Source of the DNA: Patescibacteria group bacterium
GTDB taxonomy: Bacteria > Patescibacteriota > Doudnabacteria > UBA920
DNA: 64,000 nt
Direction of reading: 5' to 3'
NCBI GenBank assembly: GCA_036726225.1
Contig: DAIMCS010000003.1
Location: 73,769 to 137,768 of the forward strand
Both the position numbers and the translations under genes were made by a program. Shown piece after piece: positions 1-9,943 of the stretch (position 1 is its first letter; each line of letters begins with the position of its first letter). The notes under the pieces were generated by a model. It searched no databases. It was not told the origin of the DNA and saw only the letters and a list, made by a program, of their open reading frames with translations.

Positions 1-1
1 T

Positions 2-742
2 ATATGTAGCGAAATCTCTGCAAACGCTGGAGGAGCTATTCACAAAGAGATTAGTTTACAATCGCCGATCGTCAAATTTTTATCAGAGCAAGAGATTTCA
101 TCTATTTTGCAAAAAACTAAAGCCTCTCCTGGAGATATTATTTTCTTTGGCGCAGACCAAAAACAAATCGTAAACAAAGTCCTGGGCAAACTTCGAGACA
201 AACTGGGCGATATTTTTGGACTTAAAGACCCGAACGTAATGGCTTGGGCGTGGATTACAGATTTTCCAATGTACGAGCTAAACAAAGAAGGCCGTTTAGA
301 TTTTATGCACAATCCCTTCTCTATGCCCCAAGGCGGGCTTAAGGCTTTGGAAGAACAAGATCCGCTTACAATTCGCGCTTACCAATACGACATTATTGCC
401 AATGGTTTGGAATTATCATCGGGCGCGATCCGCAATTACAATCCGGAGATTATGTACAAAGCTTTTGAACTTGTGGGGTATTCCAAAAAAGTTGTTGATG
501 AAAAATTTGGAGCTATGATTCGAGCTTTTGAATATGGCGCTCCCCCGCACGGTGGCTTTGCTCCGGGGATAGATCGCTTATTGATGCTACTTGAAAATGA
601 ACCCAACATTCGCGAAGTCATTGCCTTCCCAAAAAATGGTTCTGCCGAAGACGTTATGATGGGCGCTCCGGGCACGGTGGAAGAAAAACAGCTGAAAGAA
701 TTGCATATCAAGCTGGATATTCCGAAATCAAAATCTAAATAG
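2..742 (+). CDS. aspS: aspartyl-tRNA synthetase, C-terminal portion; the 5-prime end lies upstream of the window
   Basis: Frame 2 is open from base 2. Class II motif 3 [19 protein letters not shown] and bacterial AspRS signature [11 protein letters not shown]...[12 protein letters not shown]. Confidence 0.85.
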   Translation: MCSEISANAGGAIHKEISLQSPIVKFLSEQEISSILQKTKASPGDIIFFGADQKQIVNKVLGKLRDKLGDIFGLKDPNVMAWAWITDFPMYELNKEGRLDFMHNPFSMPQGGLKALEEQDPLTIRAYQYDIIANGLELSSGAIRNYNPEIMYKAFELVGYSKKVVDEKFGAMIRAFEYGAPPHGGFAPGIDRLLMLLENEPNIREVIAFPKNGSAEDVMMGAPGTVEEKQLKELHIKLDIPKSKSK

Positions 743-803
743 AAGATCCATCCCGAGCGAAGCGAGGGATCTGATCTAGCAAAGAAACATAAATAAAAAA
801 ATT

Positions 804-1064
804 ATGGACTGGAAAATAAAAGGTTTAAAAATGGGTTCTGTTATTGGCCTATTCTTTATAATCGTTAACAGCTTATTCGCTCTTTACGGCTTAGTGCAAG
901 AAGGTCTTTGTAATGCAGAAAAATTAAATGTGTTTGAGTGTGTTTATTTTTATAAGAAATTTTTTGCTTTTTACGTATTGCCTTTTGAACTAATTATCGC
1001 CGCCTTAATTATTGGCCTTTGCCTCATTGTTTTTTTCGTAAAACATAAATTCTTTGGAAAATAA
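804..1064 (+). CDS. small hydrophobic membrane protein, hypothetical
   Basis: 86-aa ORF with two predicted TM stretches; no recognisable family. Confidence 0.3.
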   Translation: MDWKIKGLKMGSVIGLFFIIVNSLFALYGLVQEGLCNAEKLNVFECVYFYKKFFAFYVLPFELIIAALIIGLCLIVFFVKHKFFGK

Positions 1065-1087
1065 TTTTAGTAAATTAGAGAAGTAAA

Positions 1088-1792
1088 ATGGAAAAAGTAA
1101 AAGTCTCACAATTTGAAGGGCCTCTTGATCTATTGTTATCTCTTATTGAGCAGCGGCAATTGGATATTACAACTATTGCTCTTGCGGAAGTTACGGAGCA
1201 GTTTTTACAGTATTTAAAACAACTAAAATTAATTGATCCGACCAGCTTGGCAGATTATCTCGCTATTGCTGCAAAACTACTTGTAATAAAATCTAAAGCT
1301 ATTTTACCAACTCTCGAACTTGAGCCCGAGGAAGAGGACGCGGCGTTCGACCTTGAAGCCAAACTTATTTTATATAAGCAATTTAAAGAGGTTGCTAAAT
1401 ACTTTAAAATTTTAGACAATAAGCGCAAGCAGGGGTTTTTGCGAACTGTGACTTCTGAACAAAAAGTTAGTTTTTATCCCGACCCCAAAGTTGGCACTAA
1501 AGAGCTACATAAAGCAATTTTAACTGTTTTAAACAGCTTAAAAGAATTAGACAGCCTGCCAAAAGCAAAGCTCAAAGAAGCTATTTCCATTCAGGAAAAA
1601 ATTGACCATTTAAGAGGGAACCTTAGCGACAAAATAGAAACTAAGCTTAGCGATATTTTAAAATCGGCAAAAAACAAAGACGAAGTAATAGTAACATTTT
1701 TAGCTTTGCTCGAATTAATAAAGCAAAAAATTTTTGTTGCGGACCAGGAAGCTTTATTTGCGGACGTAGTAATTAAAAAGTATAACGTATGA
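1088..1792 (+). CDS. scpA: segregation and condensation protein A
   Basis: N-terminal FEGPLDLLLSLIEQRQLDI motif typical of ScpA; followed by scpB. Confidence 0.85.
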   Translation: MEKVKVSQFEGPLDLLLSLIEQRQLDITTIALAEVTEQFLQYLKQLKLIDPTSLADYLAIAAKLLVIKSKAILPTLELEPEEEDAAFDLEAKLILYKQFKEVAKYFKILDNKRKQGFLRTVTSEQKVSFYPDPKVGTKELHKAILTVLNSLKELDSLPKAKLKEAISIQEKIDHLRGNLSDKIETKLSDILKSAKNKDEVIVTFLALLELIKQKIFVADQEALFADVVIKKYNV

Positions 1793-2031
1793 GTAAAGCA
1801 TCTATCGGATTTTTAATTATACTTATTGGCGCTGCCTATGGAAGTTTGGTTATAGATAAAGTTTATGACCATACCTTGGGTTGGTTGGTTCAATATAATT
1901 GGGTTAAGCCTCCTTCAGAGCCGGGCCAGGATGACTTAAGAAAGCTTTTAGGACGTAAGCCAACAATTTTACTTTACGCCTCTCTAATAATTATTATTGG
2001 TATATTTATACTATGGAACAGGAACAGCTAA
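1789..2031 (+). CDS. small membrane protein between scpA and scpB
   Basis: ATGA overlap with the scpA stop, 3-prime overlap with scpB, two hydrophobic helices. Confidence 0.4.
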   Translation: MSKASIGFLIILIGAAYGSLVIDKVYDHTLGWLVQYNWVKPPSEPGQDDLRKLLGRKPTILLYASLIIIIGIFILWNRNS

Positions 2032-2606
2032 GTGGGATTATAGAAGCTTTGCTTTTTACTTCAGGAAGGCCTTTAAAGGCTAAAGATTTTGCAAAAATAT
2101 TAGGTCTCGAAGAAGATTTGGTGAAAAATGCTTTAAGCGCATTGGTGGAAGAAAAAAAAGAGGCCGGTGTTGTGGTTTTAGACAACAACGGACAATACCA
2201 GCTTGCCACCAGCCCCAGGTTTTCAACACAAGTAAAAAATTTCCTCAACGCAGAGCTTAGGGAAAAGCTTACCGAGGCCACAGTTGAGGTTATGGCTATA
2301 ATCGCCTACCGCCAGCCAATTTCTAAAGCCGAGATAGAAGCTATTAGAGGCGTTAACTCGCAATACAGCCTGCGTAATTTGCTTATGCGCGGGCTTATAG
2401 AAAAAATAACCAACCCCAGCGACGCCAGAAGCTTTTTGTACCAAACCACAACGGAATTTTTAATGCATTTGGGCATAAATTCAGTTAAAGAGCTGCCGGA
2501 GTTTGAAAAATTGGTTGTAAATATAAAACTGCCGCAAACAGCGGGTTTGCAGCAGGAAACTTTACCTTTGCAGCTCAATCAGGATAGGCCGCAACAAGAC
2601 GGCTAA
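2013..2606 (+). CDS. scpB: segregation and condensation protein B
   Basis: ScpB-like winged-helix repeats (IIEALLFTSGRPL...AIIAYRQPISKAEIEAIRGV). Confidence 0.85.
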   Translation: MEQEQLSGIIEALLFTSGRPLKAKDFAKILGLEEDLVKNALSALVEEKKEAGVVVLDNNGQYQLATSPRFSTQVKNFLNAELREKLTEATVEVMAIIAYRQPISKAEIEAIRGVNSQYSLRNLLMRGLIEKITNPSDARSFLYQTTTEFLMHLGINSVKELPEFEKLVVNIKLPQTAGLQQETLPLQLNQDRPQQDG

Positions 2607-2615
2607 ATTTTAAAT

Positions 2616-2738
2616 CTACCTAGGCAACTCTTCGTAAGACTCTTTAGGGCTGGAAGGGATTTCTTTTTTTAAAACAATTTTTTGGCAACCCGCGGAGAGT
2701 AATAAAAGGCCAATTGAAATCCAGAGTATTTTTTTCAT
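2616..2738 (-). CDS. candidate 40-aa lipoprotein (MKKILWISIGLLLLSAGCQK...)
   Basis: Hand-translated minus-strand ORF with a signal peptide plus lipobox LSAGC; weak SD; below the ORF-track size cutoff. Confidence 0.25.
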   Translation of the reverse strand: MKKILWISIGLLLLSAGCQKIVLKKEIPSSPKESYEELPR

Positions 2739-2818
2739 ATAAGGTCGGATAATTTTATACTTCGACCTCATGGAGAAGTTAAAATTATTTTATTGTTCTC
2801 GACTTCGCTCGAACAATA

Positions 2819-3592
2819 TTATTTTTTAAATAACAACGCGGCGCCAATTGCGCCCGCGTTTTTTAATTTTGAAGTTAAAATGACAGGCACGGCTTTTTCG
2901 TTGTACAGAAATTTTTTCATTTCTTTTTTCGCAGAGCCTAAAAATTTATTGCCGGCATTTTTAGTCAGCCCGCCGCCTAAAATTATTGCGTCGGGAGCAA
3001 AGAAGTTAATTAACGTAGCAAAAGTCCTGCCCAAAATTTGACCTAAAGCTTTATAGTTATTGCTTTGGCGGGCGGGCTGAAAGTAGCGGGTTTCCAGAAG
3101 TCCTTTGTCCAAAGCCATTTGCCCAAATTCACCTCCGCTGTTATCACTGCCGCGGTAGATTTTCTTGTTAATTACAATCCCCCCGCCTATTCCGGTGCCT
3201 AAAGTTATGCCCAAAAAATTGTTAAGGCCCCTCCCCTGCCCCACAAACATTTCTGCCCTTGTAAAACAGGCTGCATCATTGTCAATTTTTACAGGCAAAC
3301 CGTATTTGTTTTTAAACAGCTTAACTAAATTTAAGCTGGCTTTAAATTTTGCGTTGTGCGTAACTCTTATAATGCCGGTTTTTGGGTTAGCCAGGCCGGC
3401 AATGCCTATGCCAATACCCGCAATTTTGTTTTTAGCCGAAAGGAAATCAACCAGTTTAAATAAATTTCTTTCAAATTCAAAAAAAGTTTTTGGAGTTATA
3501 ATTGTTAACTCATCTAAAACTACGCTGCCGTTAAAAACTATTCCCGTAATTTTTGTACCGCCTATGTCTATACCAATAATTTGCTTGCCCAT
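2819..3592 (-). CDS. ROK-family sugar kinase (glucokinase-like)
   Basis: N-terminal IGIDIGGTK ATP-binding motif and overall ROK architecture. Confidence 0.8.
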   Translation of the reverse strand: MGKQIIGIDIGGTKITGIVFNGSVVLDELTIITPKTFFEFERNLFKLVDFLSAKNKIAGIGIGIAGLANPKTGIIRVTHNAKFKASLNLVKLFKNKYGLPVKIDNDAACFTRAEMFVGQGRGLNNFLGITLGTGIGGGIVINKKIYRGSDNSGGEFGQMALDKGLLETRYFQPARQSNNYKALGQILGRTFATLINFFAPDAIILGGGLTKNAGNKFLGSAKKEMKKFLYNEKAVPVILTSKLKNAGAIGAALLFKK

Positions 3593-3609
3593 ATTTAGTC
3601 CATTTACAG

Positions 3610-4626
3610 TTAGTTTACCGAGTCAAAAAATTGCTTAGCTGCATTGAACATTTCGGGGTGGCCCTGTTTTTTTGCCCAATACCACCACTCTACACCCCAG
3701 AAATACTGCCTGTCCATACCTGACCTTTTAGCATAATTAATATTATCATAAAACACTTCGGGGTTCATAAGCCCAAATTGCTCAGCCCAAGGCACGCTGT
3801 GGACCGTACCATTAAACCAGGGTTCAGCCTGGAGCTCCACGCCAAGCGTCCTATTCATAGGACTTAAAACCTTTAGCATTCCGGCTTTGACCCTGTAAGT
3901 AAAGGCCGGAAGCGGATAGGTAATGTATTTGCCCTTTCTGTCGTGGTACACGGTTCGGTATAATGTTGAGCCTAAAAAGTTTCCTCCGGAGAAGGACACC
4001 GAAAGCCAGGCGCTTTTCTCCCCGCTGTCAGTAACAATAATTGGCCGGGTGTCCAGACTTTTTACAAGTTTAACTTCTTTTTCAAAAAGCTGCTGCGGGA
4101 TAGTCGGGCAGTTTGGCCCGTATTCAAAATAGGGTTCGTTTTCTACTTGCCACATTTCGACGGCCGGAAAATTTTTAAAATAATTTACGGATTTTTCAAG
4201 CATATTTAAAACTGCAGCTTCTTGCGCCGGTTCGGTCAACTTTTCGTACCAGGCTGGATGGTGGCATTCCGGCCATCTGGGCTGCTTATGGCCTAAAACT
4301 AAAATGACTTTAACGTTTCTTTTTGCCGCCTCATCCAGCATAAATTTTATGTCTGTACTGGGCAGGTCAAATTTTCCTCGGTTGGCTTCCAAATTCTCCC
4401 AGTATGCAGTTAGCCTTACGTATTTTGGCTTAAGTTCGTCTAAAATTTGGACAAATAATACTTTAGGCTGAAAACCTAAATACGAGGCAAAGTCAGAGGA
4501 AAAATTTACTCCCCAACCGGTATTTTTGCTCGGTCGATAAGCAAAATAAAAAATTGCGGACAATACTAATATTAAAATTATTAGTCCGGCTAAAATTTTA
4601 ATTAAAAAAATAAATATCCGCTTCAT
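3610..4626 (-). CDS. membrane-anchored glycoside hydrolase, clan GH-A (GH5-like)
   Basis: N-terminal TM anchor; WQVENEPYFEYG (catalytic-acid NEP motif). Confidence 0.6.
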   Translation of the reverse strand: MKRIFIFLIKILAGLIILILVLSAIFYFAYRPSKNTGWGVNFSSDFASYLGFQPKVLFVQILDELKPKYVRLTAYWENLEANRGKFDLPSTDIKFMLDEAAKRNVKVILVLGHKQPRWPECHHPAWYEKLTEPAQEAAVLNMLEKSVNYFKNFPAVEMWQVENEPYFEYGPNCPTIPQQLFEKEVKLVKSLDTRPIIVTDSGEKSAWLSVSFSGGNFLGSTLYRTVYHDRKGKYITYPLPAFTYRVKAGMLKVLSPMNRTLGVELQAEPWFNGTVHSVPWAEQFGLMNPEVFYDNINYAKRSGMDRQYFWGVEWWYWAKKQGHPEMFNAAKQFFDSVN

Positions 4627-5564
4627 TTAACTAAAAAGAAAAGGCCTATAGAAATTAAAATTAAAGATGCAATTTTAAGCACAATTTTGCTTTCAGATAC
4701 GTCCTCCTTTAAAATTTTGGGAAAACGAACGGAAAGCAGAATTGTTAAAATTAACAAAAAAGCGTATTGCGTGCCCTGCAGGGCATTGACCATGGTAACG
4801 CTGCCAATAGCTATGGCGTAGTTTTGGAATAAACCGGCCATTGAGCCTGTTACCCTTGCGCCCAAAAATAAAAATTTGTTGCCGGTTGAAGCTTCTTTTG
4901 GCGCATTGAAAATATATTTTCTGGATTTGGGAACAATTAAAAAGCTTGCCGAAACCAGAAAAAACCCAATGCGGGTCCAGACCAGGCCCGACCCAAAGTT
5001 AGACTGGTCAAAAATGAATTTTTCCAAAGTAAAAGACAACGCGAACAAAAACGAGGAAACCATGGCATTGCCAAAGGCAATGGCGTGCCAATGCCCGCCC
5101 TTTTTTTTAAGCGAAATTAGAATTGCTCCAAGTACTAAAAAACCAAAAGCTACGGTTTGGTTTAAAGAAAGCCTTTCCCCCAAAATTGCGTACGCCATAA
5201 CCAGGGTAAAGCAAGGTACCAGGCCGCCCTGCACAGGCAATATTCTGGAAATACTGGTTTGCTGGATGGCTTTATAAGAAAAATATAAAGCTAACGGGAA
5301 ACACGCTCCGCCAATTATAGCTACGAAGGTGTGCATGGGAGTTAGAAATTGAAAAACCAAATTTGTCTTAAAAAAGTCCAAATTAAAAGCCGCGCCTAAG
5401 TAGCCAATAGGGATGAGCAGCAAAGTAAGAGGAGCGCCAATGCCGACATAAAACGCATAAGCCACCGGGTGCTTAACCGCTTTAGTAAGCAAAAATTTGT
5501 CTATTACGCCGTTTACCGCCAGCAGGAAGTACCCGGCAATTGCGAGGCTAACCCAAAGGGACAT
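4623..5564 (-). CDS. EamA/DMT-family permease (10 TM)
   Basis: Polytopic membrane protein with duplicated 5-TM halves; overlaps the hydrolase stop. Confidence 0.55.
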   Translation of the reverse strand: MSLWVSLAIAGYFLLAVNGVIDKFLLTKAVKHPVAYAFYVGIGAPLTLLLIPIGYLGAAFNLDFFKTNLVFQFLTPMHTFVAIIGGACFPLALYFSYKAIQQTSISRILPVQGGLVPCFTLVMAYAILGERLSLNQTVAFGFLVLGAILISLKKKGGHWHAIAFGNAMVSSFLFALSFTLEKFIFDQSNFGSGLVWTRIGFFLVSASFLIVPKSRKYIFNAPKEASTGNKFLFLGARVTGSMAGLFQNYAIAIGSVTMVNALQGTQYAFLLILTILLSVRFPKILKEDVSESKIVLKIASLILISIGLFFLVK

Positions 5565-5569
5565 AAAAT

Positions 5570-5609
5570 AATTGACAAGATTGAACAGGATTGATCATGA
5601 TTGACATAA
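5570..5609. promoter_or_regulatory. four phased direct repeats (A/G)ATTGAnnnn at 10-bp spacing immediately upstream of the permease start
   Basis: attgacaaga ttgaacagga ttgatcatga ttgacata; one helical turn per repeat. Confidence 0.35.
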
Positions 5610-5639
5610 TTATTTCTTGTGCAATCTTTTAAATTTTTA

Positions 5640-6857
5640 TCAGTAGTGGTCAATTTGCATATAATTGTTTTTGCAAATTTCTGCGTACTTAATGGCGCTG
5701 TATCGCACTTTCCGCCTCAGTAAATCCTCCCTGTCAATTTCTATAAGTCCAAAGCGCGGAGCAAAGCCTTTATCCCACTCGAAATTGTCGATTAAAGACC
5801 AATGTAAATAGCCGCGCACATCTACGCCTTTTTGAATGGCCCTGTGCATGTAATATAGGTGGTCTTTAATAAATTTTTCGCGTTTGTGGTCCTTTGCGTC
5901 CGCAAGGCCGTTTTCTGTTATGTAAACAGGTTTGCCGTATTTTTTTAAACTTAACAAAACCCACTCAAGTCCCTCAGGATGTATGCCCCAGCCCAAATCG
6001 CTCTCACTGTGGTGGCTATGGCTGTGGGCTCTGTTGCCAAATAAGCCAACGTGGTGATGGAAATAATAATTTAAACCTATAAAATCGCACCAGCCCACGC
6101 TGTGCTCAAAAATAAACCGGTTAAATTTTTGGCGGAAATAAACGGTTAGGGAACTCAGCAGGTCGCTCGATCGAAGGTCGTGAAGATTACATGCCATCCC
6201 AATGGGCTTGTTAGTTATTTGCCGCATAACCTTAACCGAGCCTTCAAAAACCAATTTGAGGTTTTTCGCCATAAGAAAACTCGTAATCAGGCTTTTTTTC
6301 TGCGGAGGCCAAATGCCCAGCCAATATGAAAGCGAAACCATTTCTTCCGGTTCATTAAGCACCACCCAAAAATCCGTATATTGGTCGAGGCGTTTAACAG
6401 CTTTTTCAACGTACCTGTGAAAATAGCGTGCGTTGGCTTTTTTTTCAAATCCCCCCCTTTTTGCAAACCATAAGGGGTTTGTGTAATGGTGCAGGGTTAC
6501 AAAAGTTTTTAGTCCGTGGAATTTAGCGGACTGTAAAACCTTTTCGTAGTGGTCCAAGGCCTCCTCGCTAAAATGCCCTTCTTTTGGTTCTATTCTTGCC
6601 CATTCAATCCCCAGGCGCGTCGCGTTGTGGTTTAAATGCTCGGCTAGGGCAAAATCTTCGTCAAAGCGGTGGTAGCTGTCGCAAGCCTCCCTGCTGTAGT
6701 AATCGGCAGGATTTTTTCCCTGTGACTCAAGCTGCATTGCACGTTTTTGGCTGTGCTCCCATGCCCACCAGTCAGAATTGGTATTATTGCCCTCTATTTG
6801 ATGCGCACTTGTTGCCGCACCCCATAAAAAGCCTTTTGGAAATTTTAGCTTCTGCAT
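5640..6857 (-). CDS. GH1 beta-glucosidase
   Basis: FLWGAATSAHQIEG N-terminal signature, LNEP acid/base and ITENG nucleophile motifs. Confidence 0.9.
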   Translation of the reverse strand: MQKLKFPKGFLWGAATSAHQIEGNNTNSDWWAWEHSQKRAMQLESQGKNPADYYSREACDSYHRFDEDFALAEHLNHNATRLGIEWARIEPKEGHFSEEALDHYEKVLQSAKFHGLKTFVTLHHYTNPLWFAKRGGFEKKANARYFHRYVEKAVKRLDQYTDFWVVLNEPEEMVSLSYWLGIWPPQKKSLITSFLMAKNLKLVFEGSVKVMRQITNKPIGMACNLHDLRSSDLLSSLTVYFRQKFNRFIFEHSVGWCDFIGLNYYFHHHVGLFGNRAHSHSHHSESDLGWGIHPEGLEWVLLSLKKYGKPVYITENGLADAKDHKREKFIKDHLYYMHRAIQKGVDVRGYLHWSLIDNFEWDKGFAPRFGLIEIDREDLLRRKVRYSAIKYAEICKNNYMQIDHY

Positions 6858-7168
6858 TTTCGTTTAATGGTTGATTTTCAGTTTTTATTTCTTAATCTCT
6901 AATCTAAAATCTTTAATCTAATTATGCCACAAACTCTTGAAAAAAACAAAAAAAGATGATAAAATCATCTAGTTCAGTAGTATTGGGGTTCCCAAAAATC
7001 AGGAGCGCAGTAGCTAAGGATTCTTGGAAAAATGACAAACCTAAAAACGAGTAGCGCAGCTCCGACGTCTAGTCGGAGCGAGCACGCGTTTTTAGGTAGA
7101 GGAGCAAGACGCATACCGCAGGTCTTTTGCGAAGCAAAAACCGAAGGTGATGTGGATTGCGACGACGA

Positions 7169-7243
7169 GGCGGTATCGTCTAGTGGCTAGGACAGGTGGT
7201 TCTCATCCACCAAACCGGGGTTCGATCCCCCGTACCGCTACCA
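7169..7243 (+). tRNA. tRNA-Glu (anticodon CUC), CCA encoded
   Basis: Hand-folded cloverleaf: acceptor GGCGGTA/TACCGCT, D-arm GTCT-AGTGGCTA-GGAC, anticodon stem GGTGG/CCACC with loop TTCTCAT, T-arm CGGGG-TTCGATC-CCCCG. Confidence 0.85.
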
Positions 7244-7340
7244 TGAATTTTTGTTATCGAGGTATGTTGAGTTATCAAACCGCCTAGAAAAGTTCTAGAC
7301 GCTGTTGCGTCAAAATGTAGTTCGGAAAGTGTTAACTCGC

Positions 7341-7371
7341 AAAAAAACGACCCAGTAGGGTCGTTTTTTTG
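7341..7371. terminator. bidirectional rho-independent terminator
   Basis: aaaaaaACGACCCagtaGGGTCGTttttttt; A-run and T-run flank the stem. Serves tRNA-Glu (+) and the 744-aa gene (-). Confidence 0.7.
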
Positions 7372-7463
7372 TCTTAGAAGAACACCCCGGGTGCAGAGCC
7401 ACCATTTCCTGAACCCGTGAGGATACATCGTCTAAATCTTAAACTGAGAGTAGTGCCAAGAAA

Positions 7464-9698
7464 TTAGTTCTGAATAACTCTGACCGAATCGCTACCTATG
7501 ACTTCAGTTTGATAGGATGTATTTCCAGAGAAACCAGCCATTTCGTTAGTTGTCGTAAGCTGCAGGGCTTGGGTACTCACCTGTACAACCATATCTAATA
7601 AACCGTCATTATTTATATCTTGGAAGGAATACATCGCCGTTCCGTTGCCCTTAAGATTTACCGGAGCACTGGCAAGACTGACAGACAAAGGGTCTATTGT
7701 GGTCGCATCAAATTCTGATGAGCTAAATATAGCAATAGGGACAACTCCATTTGAGCCAAGGTTGATAGTATTTGGATAACTGCCCGGCTTAATATCAATA
7801 ATTGCCTGCACCTGCTTTTTTTCAAAAATTGCAAAATCTGAGAAGGAATTGGTTAAACCGCAAATAATATTATTGACCGTATCCGGGTAGCCTGACTCAG
7901 TAATATTTGTCCAGTTGGTTCCGTCATAGTGGAATAATTTCAAGTTTGTTTCATTGTTGAACTGTCCCTGTTGCCAGCTTAAACAGACTTCTATTTGGCC
8001 GCTAAACTGGGCTGTGGTGGTGATATTATAATATGTGGGCGGTGAACCAAGCTTAAATCCTGTTGGAGGCTGCGCCCCAGAAGAGCTTTGCGTAATACTT
8101 GTCTGCCCTTCTTGGGTAATATTGCTGTAAGTCAGGGTGGTGCCACCTGATGTTACCTGGACATTATTTCCAACAGGTGTATTGCCATGAACTTGAATCG
8201 ACAAATTGGCCGTTGCTGTTTGGTTGTTCGCGTCAGTCACTTGGATGGTAAAACCAGAAGTCTCAATAGTAGTGGGCAAACCGGAAATCTGCCCCGTGGA
8301 GTTGTTTAAAGTTAGTCCACTTGGCAAAGTTCCGCCAGAAATACTCCAAGAATAAGGCGACGTACCGTGTGTTGCCTCTAAGGTGGCATTGTAATTTACG
8401 TCGATTGACGCGTCTGGTAGCGAAGCCGTGGTAATGGCGGGCTTATACAGATCTAAGAAAAATGGAAGTTGGCTGTCACCTGTCAAATAACTGCTAAAAT
8501 CTCGATAACTCACTTCGTGGAGGAATCTGCCGGTAGTCGAATCCCAGGCACCATCTCCGCCAGTATCCGCAAAAAGCTGCAATACATGCAGCGGAGTTGG
8601 TAAGCTGACGAATAATTCCCCACCATGATTTATACTTTGCCGCACGCCCCCTCCTAAAATGTAATACTGGATATCGGAACAACCAGCCAATACAGCGCAG
8701 GTTTTTGAAGTGGCTACCACAAACGCCATATAGCTCCCGTCAAAAGTGCCCGAAGGACATTCGTAATTTAACCTTAGTCCTTCCAGATAATGAAATTGGA
8801 AAGCATTGTTAGGTTGCCCATAATCCGGCCAATCAGTATATGGATGTTTAGCCATACCCATATAGTGGCTTAACGCGGGATTAGGCGTGCATGCACCGAT
8901 CTGATTTCCATCACCAACTGAAATTGATAAATTTTCAGTAGATGATTGATTGTTTGAACCCGTTACCCTAACACCAAAATTAAAGTTTCCCATTACTGTT
9001 GGTATGCCGCTTATTCCCCCAGTAGTGGAATTTAGTTCCAGACCATTAGGTAATGTGCCTGAATCAATGGTCCACGAGTAGGGCGAAACTCCACCACTGG
9101 CTAGCAAAGTTGCGCTATAATTGTGACCAATGGAAGTAGTTGGTAACGAATTTGTTACAATTGCGGGTGTATTTATAGGCACATACAGATCTAACAAAAA
9201 AGGAGCCTGGTTTGAACTACTGAAGTCCCTAAAACTTACTTCGTTTACAAATCTCCCCGTGTTTCCATCCCAGTTCTGATCACCTCCGGTATCCACAAAA
9301 ATTTGTAAAACATATACGGGAGTAGGCAAGCTTAAGAATAAACCACTTGCATTAGTACGAAAGCTTTGTCTTAACCCACCACCAAAAAGTGAATATTGTA
9401 TATCTGTACATCCCGCTAGCACACTACAAGTTTTAGAGGTAGCAACAACAAAAGCGGTGTAAGACCCGTCAAATGTACCAACTGGGCAATTATAATCTAA
9501 ACTCAACCCTTCCAAATAATGGAAGTGGCCATCAGCCGGTTGACCCAAGTCAGGCCAGTCGGTGTAGGGATGCTGAGTGACATCAATTCCATAACCTGCG
9601 CCAGCGCAGGAACCGATGTCAGCCGAAGATTTAAAAGGGAAAGAAAGTGACGAAAAAACCAATAAAGTGATCACCAAAAAGATTTGTATTTTTTTCAT
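7464..9698 (-). CDS. secreted/cell-surface protein with signal peptide, two about 242-aa tandem modules containing putative-Ig (He_PIG-like) motifs, and a C-terminal FG-GAP-like DINNDGLLD motif
   Basis: N-terminal MKKIQIFLVITLLVFSSLSF signal; HPYTDWPD...SPYSW(T/S)I(D/S)GGTLP(N/S)GL module repeated twice. Confidence 0.7.
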   Translation of the reverse strand: MKKIQIFLVITLLVFSSLSFPFKSSADIGSCAGAGYGIDVTQHPYTDWPDLGQPADGHFHYLEGLSLDYNCPVGTFDGSYTAFVVATSKTCSVLAGCTDIQYSLFGGGLRQSFRTNASGLFLSLPTPVYVLQIFVDTGGDQNWDGNTGRFVNEVSFRDFSSSNQAPFLLDLYVPINTPAIVTNSLPTTSIGHNYSATLLASGGVSPYSWTIDSGTLPNGLELNSTTGGISGIPTVMGNFNFGVRVTGSNNQSSTENLSISVGDGNQIGACTPNPALSHYMGMAKHPYTDWPDYGQPNNAFQFHYLEGLRLNYECPSGTFDGSYMAFVVATSKTCAVLAGCSDIQYYILGGGVRQSINHGGELFVSLPTPLHVLQLFADTGGDGAWDSTTGRFLHEVSYRDFSSYLTGDSQLPFFLDLYKPAITTASLPDASIDVNYNATLEATHGTSPYSWSISGGTLPSGLTLNNSTGQISGLPTTIETSGFTIQVTDANNQTATANLSIQVHGNTPVGNNVQVTSGGTTLTYSNITQEGQTSITQSSSGAQPPTGFKLGSPPTYYNITTTAQFSGQIEVCLSWQQGQFNNETNLKLFHYDGTNWTNITESGYPDTVNNIICGLTNSFSDFAIFEKKQVQAIIDIKPGSYPNTINLGSNGVVPIAIFSSSEFDATTIDPLSVSLASAPVNLKGNGTAMYSFQDINNDGLLDMVVQVSTQALQLTTTNEMAGFSGNTSYQTEVIGSDSVRVIQN
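8163..9611. repeat. intragenic tandem duplication, 2 x about 726 bp
   Basis: Protein repeats aa 30-271 and 272-513 are colinear and about 60% identical (HPYTDWPD at aa 43 and aa 285). Confidence 0.7.
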
Positions 9699-9910
9699 AC
9701 GCGTATGTTTAATTTTATAATTTCAATATTTAGTTATAATAAGTTGGAAAGCGCCCACACTAGTGGTTGATTATATTTTTTATTGTTACAAAAATATTTT
9801 GCACTTAAATTTAATATACACTAATAGACTAACTTTTGTAAAATGCTAAAAATTACTCCGAAGTTTACCCGGACGTCTTGGATGGCTAGAGAATATAGTT
9901 CTAAAATTTG

Positions 9911-9940
9911 ACACATTCATACACGACTGTATGAATGTGT
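9911..9940 (-). terminator. hairpin immediately downstream of the glgP stop
   Basis: acacattcatac-acgact-gtatgaatgtgt, 12-bp perfect stem; weak T-tract on the minus strand. Confidence 0.4.
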
Positions 9941-9943
9941 TTG

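Noticed and set aside
7180-7428. 82-aa minus-strand ORF
   Set aside because: It lies entirely over tRNA-Glu and the bidirectional terminator, so it is spurious.
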